Positions 1 to 13,455 of a stretch of DNA of 64,000 nucleotides are shown piece after piece. The DNA lies in assembly GCA_030704615.1 (NCBI GenBank), contig CM060732.1:31372001-31436000 (forward strand), given 5' to 3'. The notes beneath the pieces were generated by a model that saw only the letters and a program-made list of their open reading frames with translations, was not told where the DNA came from and made no database searches. The number at the start of each line of letters is the position of its first letter. The stretch's first letter is position 1. This stretch comes from Takakia lepidozioides. Its lineage: Eukaryota > Plantae > Bryophyta. A program made the translations under genes and the position numbers.

Positions 1-627
1 ATGACATACCAAAAATGAGCCAAGTCCACCGTGGAAATTGTGAGATTATAGCGTTGGCCCGGACCTCAAATATCGGGTCCCCAAAGAAAAAGTGAGAAAG
101 AAATAGGTTTGACCAAATCAAAACCTAGCTTTCTCTAATTTTGCTTGCCCCAAGACCCACCATTTCCAAATCAATAGTGGAGTGGCCATGACCCACTAAT
201 TGCAGGTCCAACTGATTTTTTCACCTATGCTTGCTATTCATGCAATTACATGGGGGTTGAAATTTATTTCAAAAAAGGATGTCGGTGCATTACAAATGGA
301 TGTATGAACGTTTATCGAAAATAAAGTTTTGTTTTAATTATAATAAATGATGACAACCTACAATTTTGTCGGTACATACCAATAAATAATATATGTGATT
401 TATAAATATAATAACCAAAGTTGATACATTTATTATAGTAGTTCATATTTTTTCTATTTCCTTTAGGAAATATTCTTTGCTTTTAGAGTTTTCAAGTCTC
501 TCACGATCTCGCTTAGTTTCTTCCAACATTTCTATACATCTTTCACAGTTTTTGACAATGTTGCCTATAGTCCAACTCTCTTAATTAATTACAATAGAAA
601 GAAAAAAATAGATTGAAATACTTAGAA

Positions 628-2860
628 TTAGATTGTTACATGTCCAACTCCGCTGCCTCCACGAAAACCCTTCGAAACAGAATCCAAACCTCCAAGGCTC
701 ATCTGAGATGTGAATTCTTCACCAACACTCACATCTCCGGTGAGATTCAACATGGCCATGTCCGATAAGCCAGAAGTTGAGGGACATGGGAACTCCTCGC
801 TTGGAGAGAAAACCAGGTGAGTGCTTTGCACTAGATGTTGGCAGTCATAAATCAAATTGTTGCGTCAAAATTTGTCCTCCATATTAATTCCATCTCAATT
901 CCCCCATCTTTACACACCATGCTCCCACCTGTAGCCCCTCATCTGACCTCTCCACAAATTCCTCTCCCCCTCCCAGACCTGCACTCGGTATGACAATATA
1001 ACAGACCTGGCCCAACGTATGACAAGCGGCAACTTCTCAAACTTTGCACCCATGATGTCCAAATCATATTCATCTACATATGACTTTGAGAAGTGTCTGA
1101 ACCTATGTAGATAATCAATGAGGACAACGGTCTCTTACACATTCCAGGTAATAGTTTGATGGGTCTGGAGTCCGAGACGGAGTTGATTTCGGGAATGTTG
1201 GAGGGTTTGCAATATAACAACTTGGTTGCACAAATGGTTGACAGGTTGAGCCTTATTTTCCGTATTGATCAGAAGCTAACGTTTGCGTTTCACTGGCGAA
1301 ACCCAACTGTTGGGTGGTTATTGGATATTTTACAAACAATATTTTAGCATATGTTTGTAACAATTCATATATTGGGGTTCTAATGCCACATTGTTTACGT
1401 TCACTGACCTTTGAGTTCCAACAAATATATTTGTGGGTATTTGTGCTAACGTGAGTTAAGCTTTGGACGATTAGCTATAGATTGGATAGAAGAATTAAAG
1501 ATCTTGATTGGGAAGGACGTAGATCTTGTAGAACTTACTTCAAGTTTCCATGCACCTCCCAAGAGTGGTCATATTTTCCAAACTTTCGGTCTTCAACCAG
1601 AGTGTCTCCGAGAGTAATATATTTGTCCCCCTTCCGAATAGTAAGCATATTGTCTTCGAAACTTGAAATAAGTTCTACAATATCTATGTCATTCCCAATC
1701 AAGATCTTTAAATCTTCCATCCAATCTATAACTAATCGTCCAAAGTTTAACTCACGTTAGCATAAATACCCACAAAATATATCTACCGGAACTCAAAAGG
1801 TCAGTGAACGTAAACAATGTGGCATTAAAACCCCAATATATGAATTGTTGCAAACATATGCTAAAACATTGTGTGTAGAATATCCCCAATAACCACCCTA
1901 CAGTTGGGTTTGGCCAATGAAACGCAAACATTAGCTTATTATCAATACGGAAAATAAGGCACAACATGTCAACCATTTGTGCAGCCAAATTGTTATATGG
2001 CAAAGCCTCCAACATTCCCGAAATCAGCTCTGTCTCGGACTCTAGACCCAGGAAACTATTATCTGAGATACGCATCGCCTGTATCGACGTACCTACAACA
2101 AAGATAAATCAATTCCAAACGTTAGACAAATGACCATTTCCAACATTAGAGTTCAACTATAAACCTCACAAAAAACTAACATGTTTTACCTCATTCCCAA
2201 TCAACATCTTCAACTCGTCTTCACAATCTTCCAGGAATCCTGGATCTCTCTAGACTCGAATCCAATGTCAATGTCCCACGCAGTTGCAGTATTTCTTAGG
2301 AATGACCCAAAAAGCAAGACCCTCCAGACATTCAATTGCTGATGAGGTATGCATGTACATCTACAGCCCTTATATGATCACAAGTGAACTTTTCCAGCAA
2401 AAAAAGAAGCATTTCAGCTAGGACCGGCCAAGGAGCTAGGAACGCTGTCACAAATAGGTTAAGATCAGTTCTGATCGGATGTATTGCATCAGTTTTGTAA
2501 AGCAAAGATAGGTTGTTAAGATCTCGGTCAGCAGTTGAGGATGTTCCATTCTTCAAGAGTCTATCTCATGGTGATGTCAGGATCATGTGGTGGTCATCAG
2601 AGCACTCCGGGGAAAGGGTGGAGTTCTGATTGCCAGGCAAAACTCCTCCATATTGTATATGATGGCGTCTTTTCCATGAATCTTCCGCCATACTACCTCT
2701 TTCAAATGTTTTCCACGGAGCCATCGGAGACTACTATTTAGTCTTCTTCACAAGATAACCCAGGGGTTTTACATTTGTAGCTTCATACAAAACTACGACT
2801 AACATCATCCTCAACCATGTTCAGCACCACCTGTCAACACACACAGAAAACACTTACTAA
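628..2860 (-). pseudogene. Heavily decayed coding remnant of unknown family
   Basis: Minus-strand open stretches with protein-like composition: 628-855; ~910-1135 ETVVLIDYLHRFRHFSKSYVDEYDLD; 1535-1720; 2332-2556. They are separated by many TGA/TAG/TAA stops, with a GTAAGT..TTGACAG intron-like stretch near 2831-2857. No motif recognised. Confidence 0.3.
1144..2066. repeat. Long diverged inverted repeat (arms ~1144-1548 and ~1658-2066, ~109-bp spacer)
   Basis: Arms align as reverse complements with scattered mismatches. ORFs 1156+ and 1752- both translate to GLESETELISGMLE...FAFHWxNPTVGWLL. Confidence 0.92.
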
Positions 2861-3892
2861 GAATCATGTTTCTCCACAAGAATGTGTGGACCCCACAAGG
2901 TGAAGTAACAATATGGTGGTGTGGCTCTAATTATATAGCTACCACAATGGGTCTGCAAAATTTAGAGCAGGTTGCTAATTTGAATATAGATCTGACAAAA
3001 ATGTCACGGAAGAACAATCGGGAAAGGGCCAACTTCGACTTGACGGGTGTGTCAAGTAAAGGATGCAAAGCCAATCTCTCCGATGAAGACGTCTCCAGCA
3101 AAACCACATTATAGCTATGCACAATGTCTCGCAGGGCTCACAGACCACACGAATATCAAGAGACTGTGACACAAGACATCTGTAAATACGTGATGAAGGA
3201 TTTGGAAGTGACATGCGAATTTCCCAGTAGATCTTCTTGCACAGAGACTGGGAGTACTGGAGTGCGTCAAGTGAACCGTCTTCTACACTCTGCATCGAAG
3301 TTGTTTTTATCGAACTCATCATCGAAAGAAGAGAAAAAAGGAAGATCGCCAGTTATTGGAAACTCTTCTGATACGTGAAGCACGTGCCATCAAACTGGTC
3401 AGGAGTCACCCTGGACAAGTGATGTGGTGACGTCTATCTTAAAAGTCAGAGAAGAACAAGTCAATAACACAGCCACCCAAAAGAGAGCGAGTCTCCAAAA
3501 TAACTTGCATGAAATTTAGGCTCTTGTCCTTGGAACTACGTCAGTAACTTCAGTCGCTTCCCTTATGCTTCAGAAGCTTAGTGGGAACGTGATTAAAAAG
3601 AACGTTGAACTTCATGGGGTCGTACAAAGACTCCATTAGGGATCCTCTCTCCGACAATCGGCATTTTGACTTGACTTTATAAGCACAAATGTAGAGAAGA
3701 TAAGACCTTGCAGAAAACATAGAAGAACACTCAAGAAAATGGGAAACTGATGTATTTGACAAACATATTGAAACCAAAATTTAAAAATCATGAAGAATCT
3801 ATTACATGTAAATCAATTCCAAAGCGGGGGAGATTTTGCAAGCAAAATTACAACGAAAATACATTATATTCTATTCTATTCTATTCTATTCA

Positions 3893-4170
3893 GCAGAAAT
3901 AATAGAAAGTCAATCCAAGGATATGCAGGCTCGCCAGATTCAGCTAGAAAAAATATTGTTGGCCAAATCTTTGGACATCATCACCTCTAACTTACCAGAG
4001 GGTCTCGTTTCCGTAGATTCTCTCTTGAACGATGTGTGTCCAATCTGTTTTGATAGTTTTATTTGTGGAGAAAGCTTCCGCAGCTTCCAGTTTGCAAACA
4101 TAACTATCATAAAAAATGTATTGGCATATGACTTAAAGTTCATGCAACGTGTCATATGTGCATTGACAAA
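3893..4170 (+). pseudogene. RING-H2 zinc-finger (E3 ligase-type) pseudogene fragment
   Basis: CPICFDSFICGESFR, frameshift, then QLPVCKHNYHKKCIGI*LKVHATCHMC: all eight C3H2C3 ligands are present. The conserved Trp position is TGA at 4129-4131. Confidence 0.8.
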
Positions 4171-4834
4171 CTTTAGTAGTTTGATTTATGCTTCAAAAGT
4201 GCATCAATGACAAAATCGAGTTTGATTTCTGTAAAAAATAATAGATACATGTGAACTGTGGAATTCAAACGTTGTTTCATATAAGGTCAAATCTTGCCAC
4301 TTGGAATCATACATTGATTCTATTGATCACCCAAAATCCAAACTACTTCAACGTCTTCTCTACGGGATCAAACATAATCCGAAATGGTGTTTGTCGTAGT
4401 TCCACGAACATTTGAAGACTCTGCATGGTCGTTAGCCTTCAGCTTTTGAGACGGTAGAAAATTGATAGGTTTATCCATATCGCGCATTTGTGAGGAAGTG
4501 GATGTCCTCGTATACCCAAGTCCCTCCCACGTTTGGTACCAACTGTTAACGTGCTCATCGTGCAATTCCCCGCGTGTGGTTTTGTACCGGTTTGCCGTAT
4601 GGTGGGCTGACCCGAATGACCTTGTCTAATGTTGTGATTATTGTCATCGTGAAGATTTACTCTTGGGCATTAGTTGATTGAAGGGTTTTACATACATATT
4701 GCTGATATTTCTGAGCTAGATTGATAATGTTTTGCTTACCAAACGTAAATCTTCAATACGGTGTTACAACTCATGTGGTGATATCTGTTGATCGTCTCTG
4801 TCAACTCGAGCATTTTTTTTTTGGCGAGTGCTTG

Positions 4835-6038
4835 TGGATCTGAAGTCTGTCTTGGAAAGACTACTCATCGGCATTCTATTCCTCATTCTTTGGGGTTAGA
4901 GTCTTTAGCTTATGTTTGAGAAGAAAATTATTTTCCGTTTTTTTTGTCACAAGAAACGATGATTAATTGTCATCGTTTTCTAGAGTCAGGATGGACTGAT
5001 GAGTTGTTATTTTCAATTCTTTCTGGGAGTTTAAAAATTGCCGTAGGCATTCGTGTCGCCGTGTAAAGATTTGGAGCAAGATGTCGGGGCCTTTAAGACT
5101 TTAATGATTAGGTTTTTTGACCTTTCCTCTAATTTGGTTTGTTTGGGTAGTGAATAATACAGAGAATGATTAGTGTCCAATAATTTCACTAGCGAAACAC
5201 TAGTATGGAAGAGCAGTTCTTTAAATTATGGTGTCAATGTCAAGATTGTTTATTTTCTGATATGGCAGTTTCCTCGGGCATTATTACGGGGAAACCTTTT
5301 TTGTTTTTGGTGTTGGGGTGGCTTCAGATGAACGAGGGATTATTTTTGTTTGTAAAACTCTTTGTTTATTGTGATATCATTTGTTTATTCCGTTAGGTTG
5401 GGAGTTTACACATAAATTATTGTGTGCGTTTGGTGATTACATTATTTTTTGCTTCACGGATTCTGACATCTTCTCATATTCGAGAGTTTTTATGTCATCC
5501 AATTTGTCATGTGAGGTTTTTTGAAGATTCAAATTAGCTTTACGGAGCATGTGGATCTAAAATATGTCTTGGAAAGACTACTCATCTGCATTATATTTCC
5601 TATTCTTTGGGGTAAGAGTCTTTAGTTTATGTTTGAGAAGAAAAATATTTTTCCGTTTTTTTTTTTGTCACAAGAAACGATGATTAATTGTCAGGATGGA
5701 CTGATCCAATTCTTTGTAGGAGTTTAAATTGGACGACACATTTAAATCAGCGTTTAAATTCGTGTCGTCGAGTATAGATTTGGAGCAAGATGTCGGGGCC
5801 TTTAGGACTTTAGTAAGGAGGTTTTTTTTACCCTTCTTCCTACATTGGTTTGTTTGGGCAGTGAATAATATAGAGAAGATTAGTGTTCAATAGTTTTGCC
5901 AGCAAAACACTAGTATGGAAGAAGAGTCCTCTAAATTAAGGTGTGAATGTTAAGATTGTTTATTTTCTAATATCGCAATTTCCTCTGGCATTATTACGGC
6001 AATTTTTTTTTTTTGGGTTTTTGGTGTTGGGGTGGCTT
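4835..6038. repeat. Diverged direct duplication of ~490 bp (4835-~5325 and 5551-6038)
   Basis: Both copies run GTGGATCT...CTTGGAAAGACTACTCATC...GATTTGGAGCAAGATGTCGGGGCCTTTA...CACTAGTATGGAAGA...GGTGTTGGGGTGGCTT. Confidence 0.88.
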
Positions 6039-6200
6039 AATCCTTAACTTCCTATGGAACCGTTTTGGGTTTCATAGAACATGGTATATTAACGTAACTT
6101 TTGCAGATCTTAACCAGAGAACAAATCATCGTAAGGTATAGGCCTGCATCCCATAACAAACAAGTCGATGACAGAATCACGCAGAAGATGCGTATGTTAT

Positions 6201-6300
6201 GTACTATGGAATGGGCCGCCACATGACATTGTGGCGGGTAAGGTGGTGGCGAGCCGCCGCGGAAACCGCCATAATGGCATGTTGCGGCCCATTCCAGTAC
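6201..6300. repeat. GC-rich ~100-bp fold-back (small MITE-like or hairpin element)
   Basis: GTACTATGGAATGGGCCGCCACATGACATTGTGGCGG pairs with CCGCCATAATGGCATGTTGCGGCCCATTCCAGTAC. Confidence 0.7.
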
Positions 6301-7995
6301 GTAAAGGATTGAGTCTGCCGCCCTCTCATTGGCCTGCCAGTCCTAATCAAACACATTATGTTTCATAATGTGCTAGTGCAACTGGCATAATGTGCTAGTG
6401 GCGTGAGGCCTAGATTTCTGCTTTTTAATTTTCCTGGAAATACGCCATATTAGGCAGGCAAAATCCTTTACCTTTCCGTTCAGGAAGGAAAGCCAACAGC
6501 AAATCAAAGATAGAAGGATGCCAGACCACTTCTAAGTGGAAGAACAAGTTGCATATAGCAGTAAAGATTTAATAGTTTATCTTTATATTTTAATCATATT
6601 TTAGTTATTTTTAGTATTCATCTTTTTAGTCATAACCTAAATTAGAATCATTAAAAGTTATATTATTGTACGAATTAAATCAACACATATTTACTATTAA
6701 AAAATAATAATAAATTATTCAAAATTTAACTTTTATACAACCACTCACTTGTAACTACACAATGCTCTTAAACATGTAACAATCAGGTATATTATATATT
6801 ATATATATATATTCAAAAATAAGATTTGTCGCATGAGCACGGTTTTCATGAGATTTTGGAGAGTTTCGTAGTTTTTGCGTGAAAGCATTTTGGTTTCGCT
6901 AAAGCATATTCTCTGGATTCTTGGGGAATATGTGGAATATGCCTATGTGCTCGCGTAAGCAGGCTCACATTGCCGTGAGCCTGCTCACATCTACCCAACC
7001 TCCATGATTTCAAACAATGTCCCCTGTATATCTCTATTTGTGTGCCATGGCCATCAAACTCAAATTCAATGATTTCAACATTGAGGTCTTGTCAAAACTG
7101 TCGTGTATCCACTGTGTAATGAAATCCATCCACAAATGAATGGGTCTGTTCAATGCCTCTTGGAATAGATTGGACTCAATTATAATCAGTTGTTTTTTTT
7201 CTGGAATTTGAAAAAAAGCGCGAGTGGCTACAGAGTTTGGCAAAAAAAAATAGCCATTCATTCTGTTCATCCATTGAAATTAGGACAGAATCATCCATGT
7301 CTGTACATAAATCCATTTATATCATCCATATTTGGTGAATTCATCCATAATTTATTTTTCATTTGGAGAAATTTGCGATTTCATCCATGAAAAAATAGGG
7401 AATTTGTGACAGAATATTCAATTTTATTGCCTGAGGTCGAAATTTGGCGAAATTCGCCAAGAAAAAAAAACCTTGATTATAATGTTGTACTCACTTGCAA
7501 TATTATTGTCTTGAGTTTCACTTTGATTGATAGGAATAATCTTGTGGTCTTTCTTCACCCTTGACTACCCGCAAAATGTCATGCAACATTGATGTTTGGT
7601 TGTGAAAGAATGTGATATATCATATGAGCATTCTTTACATTCAAATTCTGTTGATTTGCAACATTCTCCATTTTCACCTACCTGCACATAAGTTCTTCGT
7701 CGCACAAATAACCATCAACTCTCCCCCAAACATATTCCAATTTGACATGGTAGTTGAAGAATAAACGCTAATATCAAAATATCGTACAATTTGAAGAAAT
7801 CACTTCCGTTCCAGAAGTGATTGATGAAGAAATTTTTGACTGCTACAAGTTGGAGCTGGTGAAACAGCAGCTTCCTTTTCACTAGATACTGTATGCCTGA
7901 TGCTGCTCTTATCTAGCCACCAAATCACTTGGGATGTAAGTCATCCTCTTGGATGACAAAATGTTCTTTTTCCACAAACCAAAGGACTCGAAAGA

Positions 7996-10759
7996 ATGAA
8001 ACTTTGTAACGTCCACAAGAAAGAGACCGCTGCGAGTGAGGCTCTTGCGAGGAGAGAGAGAGAGCGGGGGAGGGAGGGAGGTGCTAAGATGGGACAAAGG
8101 CGTGCTAAGAACGTTGAGGGATCTGCCTTGCTAGCTCCTCTTGCCTGCATTTCCAGCAACGAGCCTCGATCGCAGTCCCATCGGAGAACTCGAAGCGGCA
8201 GCATATCGGCAGCAGAGAGGGATCCTGCACAGAAGGAGAATGCCGTGCCTCCGAGTAAGGGGGAAGAGTATGGCGCATTTGCCAGGGCACTTTTTTCGAA
8301 TTTAAGAGCTTCGGGATGCCCTCGGGGAGCTGAAGATAGCTGTGCGAGAAAGAGACAGCCGCGAGGGCTTGCCGGGGGCCAAGGTTGCGCAGATGAGAAT
8401 GAGAAATCAGGCACCGGTGACGATGCGACGTCTGGACAGCTCCATCTTCCTTTGGGAACCCCGCACGCTGGGCCTAATCGTCTGGCTCATGTGTCTGTGC
8501 AAGCTGGAGTCAATGCCGGCGATGGCTTTGCTTGCGACATGGGAAACAGAGAAGCTTGTCCACTACCTGTGCCGGAGGCTGGGGCTGACATTCCTTTGCC
8601 AGCGGATGCAGTTCTCCCAACGGTGCGTTTCTGTTCTTCTTCCCTCTCGTACCTCATAGGTTTGTCATGCCTCTTTGCGCCTTGTGAGTAGTACAACGAT
8701 TGAAAACCCTAATTTATTGTTATACTTTAGCCCAAGGAAATGACAATGGTACATGTCTGGTACGAGGAGACCTGAATTAGCTCCACTGTTTCGAAACCTA
8801 GTCTTGCCAGCTAGCCGGAGGTCAATACCATCAAAGACAAGACAAACTACAAATTAAATCGTACAGAGGAGATTAGCCTGAAGCACAAGACACAGAGTGG
8901 CAGTGCTGGCACAAAAGGGGGAGAGCCAAGGCCACCATTGGCGAAAGTAATGAAGAAAGAACTAAGGATGATTAGTCTGCATTGCATTGCATGAGCATAT
9001 AACATGTAGAGGGTAAATCCAAAGACTCCCTAAGATTCAGTGCTGTACCTTGTTGCAACAAACGAGTAGAGATAAGTCCTAGAAGGATTATACCCTGCAC
9101 TTGTGGAGTAATTTTTATCATAGAGGTTCTTAGTACACTTCAAAGCGTCAGAAAAGCAGTGTCATTGTTGATATTATTTTTCAAGATTTCAAGGCCTGAA
9201 TTTCCTCCAGGAAAAATCGAGTGTTTGAAAGCAAAACAATTAAATTTAAACTTGTAGATTTCGAAGGCATCCAATGAGACATTCAGGATTATTCTAACTG
9301 GCTGTTGTAATCTAGCCAGGATCTACTCTTGTAGAGATAAGTTCTCTTAGGATTATACCCTGCACTTGTGGATAATTTTTATCATAGAGGTTCTTAGTAC
9401 ACTTCAGAGCGTCAAAAAAGCAGAGTCATTGTTGGTATTAATTTTCAAGATTTCAAGGTCGGAATTTCCTCCAGAAAAAACCGAATGTCTGAAAGCAAAA
9501 CAATTAAATGTAAACTTGTAGATTTCAAAGTCATCTTCCTTTTCAAATGAGGCATTCCGGATTATACTAATTGGCTATTGTTATCTAGCCAGGATCTACT
9601 CTTGGTCTGCCACTTACCTTTTATCTTGAATGTTGCAGTTGCAGGAGGCATACAAGAAGCTACATAGAAAGTATAAGAGACACAAGGTACGCATTTTGTA
9701 TGTAATGTTTTTCTGTACCATTTTGTTTGCAAACACTAGGCTGATCCTTGGCTACGGTGGTGTGGCAAATAGTTCGCAATGATTCTATGGTTGTTCGATA
9801 GGGCTAATGAAAGACATTATGCATGCCTTGTATAATAACTCATCTTCAAAGTTCCTGTGCTTTGAAGGCTAGGGAGCTAGGGGTGGCTAGCAAATTGTTG
9901 GAAGAGCAGCAACACCACAACACTGAATCTACTAAAGGTAAGTGTTTTCTGCAGCCCTGCCTGGTTTTTCCTGTAGAATGACTTCAGCAATACTGAAGCA
10001 TTTTATACTTTGTGAATGAGAGAGTGGAACTTTATAACATCCACGGGTAGCTCAAAGAGGGTATTGAAATAAGAAAATGAGAGGTAGATAGGCCCTGGAG
10101 AAATAGCTGAGAGAGAGAGAGTTAGTTAGTTAGTTCGTAGAGTTTGGGGAAGAGGTGTGAGAAAGACCTTTGTGCATCTGGTATTTTTTCCAGTACACAC
10201 ATAATGGTAGGAATGTATGACCTCCTGCTCAGAAGTCCGACTTGAAAGTCAGTGTCCAAATATTTAAGGTTTCAGGAGGTTTATCAAAGAATATTGCTTC
10301 TGAACAGTTTTTATGCAGTAGAATTTACAGGTTTTACGCTGTGCAGCAGCAGAGTCATGTATTGAAGAACTAAGGAAAGAGAATCTGCATCTCAGGAGAC
10401 AAATTGAGGAGTCAGGTGTTCAAGCAGTTCTGAACAGGTGGGATGTCATTTTGCACAGCAAGCTTGCTCTCTTGTGGTGTAGCCTGTCTGCCAAGTATGA
10501 TTTAATGGGTTTGCTGGTAATTCTTGAGTCCAGTGAGGTCTATGTTTGTGGCAAGTTGGTCCATCTTAACATTTGGTGGTGAAGTGTAGGCTGAGGTGGC
10601 TGGAGAGAGAGTACATAGAGAGCCAAGACAATCTGGCTAAGGAGCATGCTCGAAGTAAGTTTTAACATTAACACTCTTCTTGCATTGCATAGAGTGTGAC
10701 GTCACTACATCCAGTTTCATGTTGATGTACAGTTAAATATCTGATGACCTGTGTGCTTG

Positions 10760-10790
<31 letters not shown>

Positions 10791-12636
10791 GCTCTAATGT
10801 ATCATTGCCTCTGTTGATACCATTTTACAGATTTGGAATATCTCCCTTGTTTGTGAATTGACCATCATCTCCTACCCTGGCCCTTACTGCGCACCTCATC
10901 TTCATATTTTGCTACTAAAGGAACCAGCACACTCATTACAGATGCTGTGTTCCACTAACAAGATGGCTGGCTGTACCAGATGTTGAGTTGTTGCAGCATA
11001 TCTCTGAAATTGAATCCTCTGCTGCCATGGCTTTGAAGAGACAAGCTCCTGGATGGATGGATGCCTCCCAGCCAGCACCTTTTGATGTGCAAGCTGGTCA
11101 TGAAGAAGCACCAATGCAAGATGCAGTGTTCCCTCCCTGTCAACAGCCACAGGAGCCATTTTCTCAGTGTCCAACACCGGAGCAGGGCTTGTGCAAGAAC
11201 TCAATAAATCGTAGGCCCAGGGAATGTCCACTGGACAATGAAATTGGTGAACACCCTCGGTTACCAGGGCTCAGCAGGCCAGCCTGTAAATTCCATAATG
11301 TTTGTGTGCAAACGGACAAAGATCTTCAAGAGGGTCCTGAAGGGGTTAAACCAAGTGGTCCCTCTCCGGACTGCCTGAACCCGCCTTCGCCAACTCCAGG
11401 CAACAAACTTTCTACGACTGTTGCTTGCCATGTTGCAAGTTCATCATGTGTCAAGGCGGTGCCAGAAATGAGTCCTGGGTTTCAAGCCTGCAGCAGTGAA
11501 GTCACTCACATGTACATGGATCTGAGGAAAGGTATGTTATCTAGTGACTCCGCATGTGAGTTATGACAGGGGTAGGCTGCAAATGACCTTACAAACTAAA
11601 TTGGATGACCATGCCCAGCAGCATGTCTGCCTTAAGAAAAAGATAGAACAGTTCTCTCCTGGAAGATTATTGAACTTGAGGAAAGTTTAAAAAACCAGGA
11701 ATCTCTAGGGGTCCCGGACAGTGGCAGAGATGGAAATGCCTACAAGCAAGGTAGGAAGACAACTAGTTCCACCTTGTGTTAAACAGGAACTGGATCGAGA
11801 ACCACTTTCACAATATCAAAGGTATCTGGGGTTGGTATGTGTCCAATTGCAGGATTCCTTGCTGAGAGCAGGCTCTTGCAAGAGCTGGTGCAGCAATTAA
11901 CAGAATTAAGGCTGGTGCTTGACACTAAGGGGAAGGAACTGGGGGAGCCACCAAAGCTGATCTTTACCCATCTGTCAACTGGTAAGTGCTAGTCATGTTG
12001 TCATTTCCCAAAAGTGTCTTGCATTCTCAGGGCTAGATGCCTTTTAGTGCCCAGTTCAGTAGTAATCTATGAATGTGTTTGGTTTCTTCTATGATTCATT
12101 TGTACTGCGGTTGATGTGCTATTGTTTGTTTACCAGTAACTATATTGTCATCTTCCTCCTTTGTTTTTGTCTTGAGTGCAGGTCTGCATGTTCCATGAGA
12201 TTTTAACTAACCTTCCAATCTTCATGTATGATTTGATGGCCTGCTTTGGACATGGCCAAAGTGAAATTGATTTATTAATAATTGGGCCATGCGGCAGCTG
12301 GTTGCAACCATTCTAAACAAGTCCTGTGTGTGCGTCCAGTTACCTGCACAGATACCTTGCATCCGTCAGGTGCACAGTTACAATGGGTAAATTCTCTGTT
12401 TCTAAAATAGACTGTGACACAATGCAGGATTCTCATTTAAGTTGGAGAATGCTTCTGAGGATGAGACATGGCTGACAGAAGGCAGACAAGGTGCACTCGA
12501 GTGTCAGGTGCTGTGTTTAGGAACACTGGTGAAGCAGGCTCCTGCCTGGATGCGAGAGGACATCACGTTTGCAATAGACCAATTTCAGCTCTTCATTTGT
12601 CGACTCCTTAGAGCAACAAACGGTGGCAAATACTAG
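7996..12636 (+). CDS. TTN9: TITAN9-like / monopolin Csm1-Pcs1-like coiled-coil protein, 8 exons
   Basis: GT-AG exons with consistent phases: 7996(or 8089)-8622, 9639-9686, 9868-9937, 10347-10437, 10590-10654, 10980-11531, 11853-11981, 12428-12636. Contains LQEAYKKLHRKYKRHK, a coiled coil, and a C-terminal FTHLSTGFSFKL...LGTLVKQAPAWMREDITF resembling the plant TTN9 C-terminus (LGTxERxAPEWM). Start codon uncertain. Confidence 0.75.
9066..9604. repeat. Tandem duplication (~265-bp unit) in intron 1 of the TTN9-like gene
   Basis: GTAGAGATAAGT...GGATTATACCCTGCACTTGTGG...TCTAGCCAGGATCTACTCTTG occurs at 9066-9331 and 9331-9604. Confidence 0.9.
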
Positions 12637-13419
12637 ATTATATGATTTTTTTGTATCATAATTGATTGACTCTGGCCGAAGCCCTGCATAAATCAGAGCC
12701 ACTTCCCCTTGTGGGCACCACCCCCTGCTGGGGGTAAGCCTCTGTGTGTATATGAGATAAAGTTGCAAGTGATTTCTGTTTCGCACTGGACATAGCATTG
12801 GACTATCTATCGACCAAACCAGTGTGGGGTTTCAGCTACCTTTCTAACCTTCAGGCAATACATAGGTTGACTGATTCATGTTCTGCTTCCTTCCCTTCCC
12901 TTCCCTTTCCTTCCAATATGATCATACATGAAGACTTACCTCCCTTTCCTATGTAACTCACAGGGGCGACATCCAGTCTTTGTGGTCAGTCTTCCAACTG
13001 TACACCCCTCAAGAAAGAAATGTTTGAAGTTCGTTTAACGGCCGCGGATTTACAGCTAAACGAAACATCACAGTCCACATCACAGTCTACAGCCCAGACA
13101 CATCTCAAAAGGAAAGGAAGTTCAATGTCTGGGAGGCGAGAAAAAGACTACAAAGCTCAATCTGAGGGCAGTACTGAGTATAGTATTCTTATGTTGGTGG
13201 CAAAGTCATAGGGGTGTGAGCTGTTGGTTCCAGAGAGGGTGTGAAGATTCTGGAGGCATGCACGCTGGCTGCCGGTGTGTGGACAGACACGATTCGAGTA
13301 TCATGGCCACGACATACTGGTCTGAATCCAACACTGCATGCCTGTACGCCCTAAGTTACTCTACTGTCTGTTGTCTGCCCTCCAAACTGTCGAACACTCT
13401 CTGAACAACCACACTGCTA

Positions 13420-13455
13420 TACGTGGCGTTTTTCCGGCAGTATTCCGACACGTGC
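13420..13455 (+). promoter_or_regulatory. Paired ABRE/G-box-like motifs upstream of the patatin gene
   Basis: ACGTGGC at 13421-13427 and CACGTG at 13449-13454, just before a GA/CT-rich, 5'UTR-like region. Short motifs, so chance occurrence is possible. Confidence 0.35.

Noticed and set aside
5185-6410. Short hairpin + CTAGT motifs (~5200, ~5910, ~6375) as Helitron 3' ends
   Set aside because: Hairpins are weak and AT-rich, and no 5' TC end or Rep/helicase is seen.
7040-7475. ATCCA-rich stretch ending GGCGAAATTCGCCAAGAAAAAAAAA as a MITE
   Set aside because: Suggestive of a small repeat family, but TIRs and TSD could not be delimited.
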